Shown here: positions 24,401 through 36,400 of the stretch, in pieces | Position numbering within the stretch: position 1 is the stretch's first letter | How the letters are laid out: each line of letters starts with the position of its first letter | NCBI GenBank assembly: GCA_002633005.1 | Contig: NMRA01000075.1 | Location: 762,112-819,648 of the forward strand | DNA: 57,537 nucleotides | Reading direction: 5' to 3' | From: Phoronis australis | Lineage: Eukaryota > Animalia > Phoronida | Position numbers and translations under genes: made by a program | The notes under the pieces: model-generated | Database searches by the model: none | What the model was told of the DNA's origin: nothing | What the model saw: only the letters and a program-made list of their open reading frames with translations

Positions 24401-27400
24401 TTTGTTGTCAAAGATTAAAAAGGCCAACAGGGTGTGTCACGGTAGTCGTGTCCATTCGAAAACTGATTGTGCTGGCCCATTCTCTTGATAAGTATGCATA
24501 TGTATATTAATGGTTACGTAGTTTTGCTAATAATTGGCGGGAAAACGAATCCCTTGTCAAAAACAGGTGATGCCACGATGATTAAATCTGTTCCGAATTC
24601 ATCGCTGCCAGTGCATCCATGTGGACATGTGCCAATTTCCAGCATGATCTGTCAAGCGGAGAAAATGGACAAATGAACACTTGCATATAACGACAGTGAC
24701 AGGGAACGCGCGGCATGCTGACTATATGTGACCCCACAACTTCCTGTGTGTGTATAAAAACGACTAAACTGCGATGCTGTGCTACTGAATAAACACGGAC
24801 ACTAAAGGATACACCGAATACAAACGGTGTACTTTTTCACTGTAGTTTTACATGCATGGGCATGGTTGCATGCATATTTGAGCGTATGCATAGTCGCGCG
24901 CGTGTGTGAGCGTGTGCATATAAAAACACAAATCTCGATCGATCCATTCAACCCCTACTTCTTCCTTTGGGTAAGGTAAACACATCCATGCTTCGTTACA
25001 CCCCTCTGGTTGTCCTTGATACCAATTGTAATGACGCACTATACGTGTAATTGCTTATCTGAAACCATTGAATACCTGAACTTATTGATTACCTTTGGTG
25101 ATTTGAAATCGGGATCTTCGTCATCTGAGTCTTTGTACACTGATAAACAAGAGAAGGGTTCTGAGGGCAGGGACTCGTCTTCATCCATGACTTTACTCAT
25201 TCGACGATGGTGAGGAGGGTATAGCGTCTGGAAAAATACCGTTCATCCTATGCAACGTGAACGTTTGCTTTGGTGAGGGGGCTGAGCACAACTGCCGTCG
25301 CTAACGGCCCAAGCCCACGTTACCACCAATTGCTTACTATCATTCTGAACACTAGATTTTGACTTGGCCGACTGAGAAACAATAGGACCCGACGCGATTG
25401 GATAGCGTACGAAAACGAACCGCTCCTCGTTTATTTAAAGCTACACTTCGCCATGCGTCAAACGATCGAAAGGAACCCTTTACTCTCATGCAATCGATCT
25501 CATAAAAGCCTTGCCGCCAAAGGATTCTATTTCCGTTGCCCACTTAAGTCAGAGGCAATACGTACCTGCGCCACGTTTTTAATTCGCCCATTCCCAATAA
25601 ACACTGAAGCGTTTTCGTTAGTCGCTGGCGATCTCAATGATCTTTTTGCTAACAGAAACAGAACCCTATGGTACCAAGGAATATCATGATACCGATTTAA
25701 CGACAGTGAGAAAACATATCGATTTTCATTTTTAGCCAGCTTAAGTTGATGAAATGCAACATTGATATTTGACATCATTAGTTTTAATCGTATAAATTTA
25801 TGCCACCAGTTAATGTCTGACGTCATTCCTACAGCTTTATAGTCCCACTCTAAGTCTGATAGGGAGACTCAGTATTCAGCTCAAGTCATATTACATTACT
25901 GAATGAAACTGCAAACATATGAAATAAGGACCAAATTAAAAAAAATACTAATTTTGATTGATAAATTGGTCACCAATGGAATGTGCATAGTTCTATCCTT
26001 CCAACGGCAAATCTCTTTGCGTGCCCCTTGACCTGCAGCTACAGACAGCGATTTAGATTGTGCTGCATGAACAGTAATCACCGTTGCTCAAGACTACATA
26101 CCGTTCCTCTTTCGGCCGCGTGGTCGACTTCAGCCGAAGCTTTCAAGTGTTTCTCTAACGATGGTGCATGAGCGTTGGCACTATAGGGCAACTATAAAAA
26201 GTGATGTGAGATCGTGACGTCATTGTAACCATACGTCTCCTCCTGGTGTCAGTTTTTAATTTCAGGTAAATTATAACCAATAGTTGTGAAAAAAAAAGTG
26301 AAAACGGTAATATGCAACAATAAGGTAGCTGGAACATCTCATTTCATCAACAGCTACCCGCAACTCAGGCATGCTAACAAACGATCACACTGGCAATCCA
26401 CAACGATACAGTTACATGTAAGTTTTGACCCCACCTTGGGAGCACTAACATCCACCGCGGATTGTCGGGACGGCACGTGAATATTCTCTGAAATATCTCT
26501 GTCGATCTATGTATTAATTTGTCCTCCAGACCTTTTTAAAATCCTCGAAAGAGATGAGTTCGCAACAAGAGTTACGTGCTGTCCTTTTACTGCCACCGGT
26601 GGAGATTACAGTGTTCCGCAGTTCGTCGTACATCATAAGATATTTAAAATGGAACAACAACAACGCAATGGAACAAGAACAACAACAACAGCGCAAAGCG
26701 TTGGGATGCTATCACGACATGCTTCTAGGGATCCTGATTAATATCCTATACACAAATAAGGTCAAAACTGGAAATTGAGTGGTGCTGGTGCGACCCAGCT
26801 ATACTCGACTATGTCAGCGTTGATCAAATCATTTGCCAAGTTATTTTGATAAAAATAAACGACAACCATTATGTTGCCAATGTTGCTTACAACAGTTAGT
26901 TACAATCGTTTTGCTTCACACTGTAAATATAGAGCTGAGCAACTCAATGGCTGCTTCATTTGATTTTTACCTCTGGCAATTTGAAGCTTCCATCTTCTAT
27001 CATTGTACGCATTCGTCTTTGCTTTCCTAGCAAACCTAGCATTGCTATAACGAAACAAGTAGGGGGTTAAAATTCAGATTCTATAGGCACAGAACACCCT
27101 GACATTTAATCTCACAGTAGAACATGGACCGCAGGAGTTTCAAATTCATGTTAGGCGCTGGTCATGTCAAAAACGTTAACGTTTTCAAGACGTATTACAA
27201 TCCTTGATGAGAGTAGAAATGGGTTTGTACTGTATCAGTACATGTATCTTCATGCTATAGGGCCAGCTGTCAATTACATGTATTCTGTACTCATATAATA
27301 ATTTTCTGTCTGATCATTAGAAACCTTTAGTGCAGGTAGAAATCTTACTGTCGGCGTGGCTGAAGGATTTCCCAAGACCGAGATCTTCTTTTGCTTGTGA

Positions 27401-30400
27401 GTGAAAGCGAATGTCACTTCGCGTGTCGGCCACAGACTGAATACGCACTACTTTCACAATTCCCTAAAATGATAAATATTCATTTAGAAGACGTATCGTT
27501 TACCCATTTAAGCGTGAGAAAGTGATTAAACACGCGTTGCAGAAGCTTCAGATTATGGCAGCTAGGACCAGCTTCGAAACTATAACCGTGTTACAGAATA
27601 CCTTAAACAGCTTCAATAGCAACCGATTAAATTTCCCGTCATTTTAATATCTGGCACATATGTGTGTACACGGTCAATGCCTTTTTTAATTCCAGATAAC
27701 TTATCATCGTACAAAATATCTTACATTAAAGAATTGTCGGTGTCGCCGGCAAAATCCCATGGTCATTCGGAAAATTAAAAGCAATTCAGAGGTAGAGACC
27801 ATTTAACATCTCTTGTAGTATATTTTAACTTCACTACATTACCTTTGAAAGAATTCCTTAGTATTAACTCGTGTGTTCTTGCACGTTTAGTTTCAAATTA
27901 TAAATTTTTATTAGCCATTATAGTTTACGCTATTTATTTGAAAATGTTATGTCTGTATTTGTATTATTTATTAGTTTTCTAATGTCTTGTATCTTTACGT
28001 AAAGTGTGAAGGGTAACTCGATTTAGTGGAGCTGCACTAAACCAGGGCATCTTAAGAAGTACAGCAAAGAGTAGAAATGAAAAATGTATGTCCTCGTTAT
28101 CCGCGGAGTCATTCCGCATCCACATAGAATGGACAACTTGCTAGTTCAACTATTATATTCATTTAGATAGGGAACAACTTACTGATTTAACAACGTACAA
28201 CCACGGCGTTCTGTTTGAGTCTTCCACTATTACATCCATTTAGATAGGGAACAGCTTACTGATTTAACAACGTACAACCACGGCGTTCTGTTTGAGTCTT
28301 CCACTATTACATTCATTTAGATAGGGAAAAACTTACTTATTTAACAACGTACAACCACAGCGTTCTTTTTGAGTCTTCCACTATTACATTCATTTAGATA
28401 GGGAGCAACTTACTGATTTAACAACGTACAACCACGGCGTTCTGATTGAGTCTTCCACTATTACATTCATTTAGATAGGGAACAACTTACTGATTTAACA
28501 ACGTACAACCACGGCGTTCTGTTTGAGTCTTCCACTATTACTTTATTTTGGCTGTAGTATTTGTATTCAATGGCATCCTTTTGGTCCAGAAATCTTTCGC
28601 AAGGAAATTCTTGAAATAGTTCCAGAGTTCTGAGATAGTCAATTGGTGGCCCTGCGTTGCTTTTTGTTAAACAAAAGAAATCCTGAAACATAAGTGGCAA
28701 AATTCGTGAGACAGATATTATCATAAGGTTGATAACAAACATCTAATCTCACGCTTTAGTAACAAAAGGCACATTTTGCACGAGATTTGTTATATTATTA
28801 TTTATAATCTATGATATCCATTGATTTCCCGAACTATATACCTAACTAAAAATCGCACATTGAATCCAACTTATTCGTAAAAATTGCATGCCTGCGCACG
28901 TGTTTGTGCGTGTGAGTGCGCCTGGTGGCAGCAAGGTTCCATGAAAATGAGCGTGCCTGCGTGCGTGGCAGCATATGGACATCTGTGTCCGAATGCGTGT
29001 CCGAGTGCCCTTCTCTGAGTGTACTCTCGTGCCCGTCTCTGTGGACACGCGCAGCGCACACATCATCTTATTTTTTAGCCAACTTACCGCTTTGTCAAGC
29101 ACCAGGACCTCGACTTGGCCCTTTGTGATGAGATTCGACTGCAGTAACCACTGTTTTTCTAACTCTTCGGGCTGTAATACCAGGTGAAACAGATGCATCA
29201 CATCTTAACAGAGCGTTTAACAGTTAATGGGCACCTGCTTACAACTTCATGGCCACTGCTGATTTATCAGAAAAAATTATCAAGATAGGGAAATATGGCG
29301 AGTTATATTTCTGGTTTTCGGTAATTGTCATGTTTGTACTTGGGCTTTCATGTCACGTGGTGGGGTGTTTCACGTGTTGGAGATGTCTAGTGAGAACACA
29401 GATGTTTTACTAAATCTCCATTCCAATGCCATGGATCACTATAAAGAAAGGTGGGTACGGGTGAATTGATCCACACGGCCTACGGGTCAGCAAGGCACAC
29501 TGCATCAATGCGCCCATTATTTTGGTCGTTCAGTAAGTGACGTACTTGAAACGTTCCCAGTGTAAGCCTATCAAGTAGAACAACTTACGTCTGTTGTCAT
29601 TGACTTGGTTATATGACCTAGTGACTTTGTTACCACTCCTGTACTTAGGTCATACTGCGTAAGTATATTTACTGGAACGAAACAAAAATAGAAAGACTCA
29701 AAAAACAATCAATAAATCCTAGAGGCATGTTAAGATGAACATTGAAAATATTGTAGAAAAGATCCACATTTACATCATGTCCGTTATCTTCCCAGGTTAT
29801 TTTGTTCAAGTACTTCTAAACGTAAAGTTTCCCTGCGGTTGGCTGGCTGGTAACACTGTGTATGGGTATTCCTAAATGAGCAATCACGATGATTTTTTGT
29901 CGAGGCTAAAAGAAGTCACAGTTACTGAATACTAGATGTGCACGAATTACCCATTCACAACTCAAACATATCGGTGGTAATGGTTGAAGACGGTAACTAC
30001 CCTTCCAATTACATGGTCTTGTAGAATCGAACAACAGCGAAATACTTTTAATCTCAAGATAGATATTCCAAAACTGAACTACAGTTTTTGTAGTATACTC
30101 CGTTAGGTTATCTTTTGGCTAAACAACCAAAAACTTTACTTTATACTATTGGTTCACACGAGTTGCGAAAACCCCAACAGATTGAAATAGGCTAAAAGGC
30201 TAGCAAAAACGCTCACAAAAAGTTGCATGTGTAATCTATAAGAAAGAAAAGAAAACAAAATTTTGATCAAGTTAACTGTCATATGAATTGAATAGTAGTG
30301 ATTAGCGAAAGAAAAGCTTTCAGTTGATATTGTTAAAACTGTTTAGACCATTTTAATAAATTTGACTTTAAATCGTATGAGCATGAAAACGTGAAAAAAC

Positions 30401-33400
30401 GCCTATGTTTGCATGCGAAGCATGGTTGATTTGTTGTTTGTATGTACCTGATGCAATCATGTCTTATTTGGAGAGAAAGCAGCTACAATGTGTTATAAGT
30501 TAAACGCCTAATGTTCCCTGCCAGTGACTGGCCAGTCTTGAAAAGGGGCAATAATGCGGATGTATTTCAGAAGGACTGAAACAATTTTATAATGCAGTTG
30601 GTCGAGTTGCTTACTGTACAGACAGGCACCTTGATCAGCCGCTTGAAGTTTTACTATAATAGAGACAGATGAACAACTGCTATTCAATATGGTCGTTCAC
30701 GAGGCACTTTCGGAAAAACTCAAATCACGCCTATTTGGGAGTAACGTACCTTATCTATGACTGCCACACGTTCTTCACTCACATAGAGCACGCTGATCGG
30801 ATAATCAAAAAATCAACTTTGCTTGGGGTTTTTCGAACTTTCTTCCAACCGTAGCAGAGAAGCACCGAAAAGTAATTTGATTATTCTATCGTTGGTTGTT
30901 ATCGGAACTCGCCAAGACCGCGAATTACCGTCTCTCCTGGCACTATGAGCATTGGTATTGATGTACTTCCGGTCACATGAGTTGGCGAGGACGTATTGAC
31001 GGTGAATAAGGGTTTGGGAAAGTAAATTGTATTAAGAAAACCTGAAGGTTTTGATACTATTTATTTGCACCGATGTCAACAAATGTAACTAGTGAAGATG
31101 TGGCACTGTTAGATGAGGTGTGTGAGTACGTTACTCCCAGAGTAGGCGTGGTTTGAGTTGCTCCGGAAGTGCCTTATGGGCGACCATATCGGATAGCAGT
31201 TGTTCACAATTTTTTAAAATCATGGTATCGTACTAAGCGGCTGTCAGGAGTGCCTGTGCTGTACACGACGAAATGAATCAGACACGCGGGTGTTATATAC
31301 CTCTGCCCGACAGGATGTAATAGAATCTGTCCGGAGCCCGACCCTGGCAGCCAATAACTCGCCCGTCGTCATACTTCTCGTAAGCTACCCGTCTGGCTAG
31401 CTCAGACTCCATTTCGGCTGGGAACAGAGACTTGAACGCCTTTGCAGCCCGGAGCATCCATCGTATCTACATGTAGGCGGACAAAATAATGTAGAGCACA
31501 ATACTTATTCTAATTTTACTAGATATCGTTTTCACAACATTATTCTCTTGCACAGTCTCATTACATAAGGTGATTCTGCCGAAACAAGCCCCAAACCTTT
31601 TACTTCCATTTTTTCCAATAGAGGAAGGAACTTCTGAAGACAGTCATTTTATTTATCCCATACACGTCACAGGAGCACCCAGCCTAAAAATGGGAGGCTC
31701 GAATTTGTGAGAGACCTTTTTACTAAGATTCATGGGACACGCTCAGAAATATGAGCGGTTGTTCTTGCCTTTTTAGTGGAGTTTTGGCTCGTTTTCGACT
31801 TTTTTCGGTGTTTTTGTTTCTGCGAGGCGGACCCTTTTGCCCACTTTGCCAAATGTTCGAGACCCCCGAGCCTCCCCTGGGTGCGCGCATGCACGTTGAA
31901 TAAGTTGAGCGCAATATGACCATGTTGTAATTGTTTTCCGTATTGCACTCTCGGAACCAATAAGTGTTATGGTAATAACAGTGTGTAGAAACAATGCTGG
32001 TTTACGAAGTCCTCATCACTTCCATTATTTTCGTTGTCCAGCCTATTTTCACTTGTTGGAAGTTCACGAATTTCATTCAAAACTTGCTCAATCCTTTTGT
32101 TTTGTGTCATTCACAAAACTGTCGACACGGCAAGTCGCAGGCAGATTATGTTCCAAATAATACGAATGTTCATGTAAACTTGCCCAATATTGATCAATGC
32201 GAAGTGGGAGGGTACAAAACTTTAGCTGCTCAGGTGTCGGTTCAGTTTGCGCGTAAACTGACTGGCATCGGAGCATATGTACTCACTGACCACAACGTCT
32301 TATTGGTCAACCAGAAATGGTGCGGTACTTGGTGTGCTTAGGGATTACTTTTCAAGTCAACTCTGATCCGCGTAATTTTACTTGGATAAGTCCGCGAAAT
32401 GACACTTCACAAGGTGACGTACGTATAGGCGCGTTCCATACGATCTTATCTCAACGCATGCTACACCTAGTTCAAGTACGTGCAACGTTTCGGAACGCTA
32501 GCTAATAGGAAAAAATACTAGGGGTCCTGTTTTGGGGAAAATCGCCATGTATAGTTTCATGTATCACGACGAAATGAGATACTGTCCATGCTCATTCGAT
32601 ACAACGTTCGTTAATCTCCGTATGACGTTATCATGTACATTACTACATGCGATAAAGTCGATATGTGAAAGGAATTCTTTGCAAAAATCACGAACCCTCG
32701 TCTTTTTTAACAGAGCTTTAAGGCACTAGAAATATTTATCCATGCAGAGGTATAGTGTAAATGTTTAAGATTATGTTTCCTAGCACTAACTTTACTGCAC
32801 AGGCTAGATTTAAATGACAAAGCGGCAATTTCTTATTGTTTAAGATCAACAATCTTGTCTTCTCTTAATTGGCTGGACTTCTCTCAATTCCCAGAGTATT
32901 TACTCTCAGTGCACCTTGCTTGTCGCCCAAGCGAGAGGTTGCGTATGTATGCACTGAACAACAAGCTGTTCGTATTTTAAATGCATGAGCTAATATGAAC
33001 ATTCATGACATGTATTAACTGTGCCATCTGAAAAAAGTCAAGTTCTGGAAGCTGCAAACACGGTTCGTGAGATTTGACTGAGTTACATGTACTCGATGAA
33101 ATGAAATGTCTCCAAGCATGTTGCATCGTGACGGTATTTTTTGTTTACTGATCATTTTGTCAGTACGCACGTTCGGCTGCATGTCGCATTTTTTCCGATT
33201 GATAGGAAATTCACACACACACACCGTGTGTCTCGTTTACATCTCGAGGTCTACTCTTGGGGGACGAATTGGGATCAATAGTAGTTCTGCGGTGGTTATT
33301 TCTCAAATTTTCTTTTCACCGAGCTCTAGCTGTGCGGTCCATCCATGTAGTCCAGTGAAAATCGATATGTAGAACTGGAAGGCGCTCGTCAAGATCTAAC

Positions 33401-36400
33401 TGGTGTCTCTCACCCGTTTCTCGCTGCGACCTACCGTATGTGAAACTACTCACAATATAACAGCCAACAAGTTACCTTTTTAATTTGAGACGGAGTGCGG
33501 AACCGTGGTTGTGTTGTGAGGCAAAGTAAGAGTTCTGCTCCCAGCTTAAAAAGAAAGGATTACACATACGTGTTCATTGTCAATTCAAGAAGACACCTGT
33601 TGTACATGTATATTATACCCCAGCTGTTGTACATGTATATTATAACCCAGCTGTTGTACATGTATATTACACCCCAGCTTAAAAAGACACGGCTTTTACA
33701 TGTACATGTATATCAAATACCAGCTAAAGTTATGTGGGACTCTATAAAAATGTGCAAATGAGGCCGCCTTAGGAATACTATATCTCAGAAACTTTGCTTT
33801 TACCCTGTTCTCAAAAACGTTGTTACAGTAGGAATTGTTTATAAAATGTACCTCTTTTGTAAGAGTGCCTATCAAAAATAGAACTTTTACGATTTTCATG
33901 AAAATCATTAAAGTTGCATAAAACGAAATGATATTTCAGAAAACTATAGCCGCGTCTTAGATATCTCATCTTGATCATTTATATCAAATAAAATTTGATC
34001 ATGTTACTGATTCCGTTGTTTCGCTGTCAATGTACCTTCGAGTTTTGCTAAATCTTACTACAAGGACATGGTCATGTGACCCATAAATGGGACTGGCTCA
34101 AAACTTTCAGAAAATAATAATTATATACTTTGTTAACATGTATAATGTTCTACATATTTTGTTAAATGTAAAGAGTTGTCCACAACACCCTCCATTTATA
34201 CACGTACAGTATATTGACTCACAATTCGTTCTTGTACATGTAGTTCCCTGTAGAACTGGTTCATCGCATTTTATTCAACCTGACTTTAAAAATGCCTTCG
34301 ATAATGCACGTCATGTTATTGAAGTTGAACAATATTGAATTAATGGCGCCACATATACATGTACGTCGCAAAGACAATATTTTGAAATTACTTAAGCAGC
34401 TTGTCAGTCTATCACTTTATACTCACGCAGGATCTTCCCTCCGGCACGTTCTTACCACGAGCTGTAACGGAGCGCTTTGTTTTGGAACCTATTGGCGGCT
34501 TTAGAGACACTTCCTCTGTTTGGTACCTACAATGTGTTCGTATAATTCAAAGTTAGGATGAAAAAATGACTAAACCATTGAATTGAATAATGGAATAGCC
34601 ATTAAATATATTTTGTTCAGAATCGGATATTTTTAGAACACAGTAGTGAAGGGTCGCGAGCCAGTTCTCGTGTATTTTCGCCTAACGTAGACTGCTTCTT
34701 ATGCACTGGTGTAATGGGGCCCAACCAAAACTTGAAAAAACACAGGCCATTCCGACCTCTTTTTTATTGACCGCTTCTGTGGGGGGAGCAGGTCCACGGA
34801 CCCCCTCCCTCTAAATCCGCCAATGAAAGTACTGAACGCATTCCAGGTGGTAAATGAGTAGGGTGATTGACAGGATAAGCTTGGAAAGAACATATTTGAA
34901 TATGGCGGGTGTTCTAATACACTTGGTTTGAAGAGAAAATTTGTGATTCTTGATTAGAATATCTGTTATTGGCTACTCCCATGTTTGTCTGCAGATCTGG
35001 CTTTTGATATCATTCCAAGCTGGAAAAAATCTGGGCGTACGCCTTTAAAGTCGAGAGTATTAATTACTTGTTAATGGCCTCTTAAAACCTGCTGATGTAG
35101 TAACATCATTTCTTAAAGCAATCGGTCCATTTCACCAACATTTAACCTATTTACATGTACACTTGGAGGTGACAGGGGAGATATATTGAAAAGTGGCATA
35201 CACCGTTCTATTGAGGCCCAGTACCATGGTTTTATGAGATATTGATCAGACAACTAGACAACAGGACAACCGCAGAAAACAACCTCTGGGGGTGCTGCAG
35301 TAGACAAAATGGTTCGGAAATAGTTTGTTGTCAGCGCGGTACAGTCACGTAGCTCTGTGTCAAGTTTCACACAAATCCGTAAACTGGTTTTCGTGAAACA
35401 GTCTTGCCCCAAAATAAGGCAGAGAATGTCATTAATTTCGAGACCAGACCTACTACTAGGGCGTGTACAATGGTCGAATTCGTCCGAAAATTAATGTCAA
35501 TTGACTAGTGTAAAGTCTCATTGGAAATGATTCGGAAGCGAGATTTCAACAAAAATATTGAAGAGCCCCGCCTCTCTGGCCTTGGTAGGCAGGGCACCTT
35601 GAAAAATGGCATGCACCGTTATAGTGACGCTCTACAGACTTGTGCTAAGTTTCAACAAGACCCGACCGGCGGGAGTAAGATATCGAGCGGGCAGCCGGAC
35701 GCCCGGGTAGGATGACAACAAAATCACATATATGCAAAATCATGTCAAGAAACCAAGCGTTACGTAGGTATCTATTAAATGGTGTGAATCAGAAGGTCGG
35801 GATACATTGAATTGCACAGACAAGGTAAAACAATACTTCCAACTCGCGCTTTCTGACTGAAGACCATAACACAATGGTTGGGACATCGTCGTCGTCTGCA
35901 GTCTTAGTTCTGAGCCTAAATCGTACATGCGTTTAGCACTCACCTTTTCCTGTTCTTGATAGATCTTATGACCAGGAGTACCACGCGGCCAGCAAACCGG
36001 AAGAAATCAATTGGCTGAAAAAGTGTTGGGAACAAATAATCTCTTTGCACCTACACGAGAGGGTCCGAACAACGTACGGAGGGTAGCTGCTACTGCTCCA
36101 ATTTGAAAGTTACAAGTCGATTTACCACGTGACTCAAGTTCCCACATTAGCACATAACGTTCACCTCTTTTAGAGACCTTGGGACTACGCAAATACCTAG
36201 CAGTGAAGGGTATCACGAGGGGGCAACATTTTTCATTTTGTGGCACCTGCCTCCCTCACCACCAACACACACACACAGAATGTGCACCCTGAATAACCGC
36301 AACGTAATAAATGTAATAAGTGCCAGCATTTATTTCTGTGTCATTTGTAATATACAACGGTGACCTAAAGTCGTGAATATAAGCATAATAAGCAGTTGAT

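Noticed and set aside
28149-28541. CRISPR-like regular repeats (also 49652-50051 and 37388-37748)
   Set aside because: Head-to-tail units with no unique spacers, eukaryotic context, no cas genes
30939-31051. Open exon-like segment (FLNTIYFPKPLF...IVPGET) within CNBD-A
   Set aside because: Exons 31301 and 29671 already join in phase and give a sensible domain; this phase 1-to-0 segment could only replace 29671-29589 and does not resemble CNBD strands
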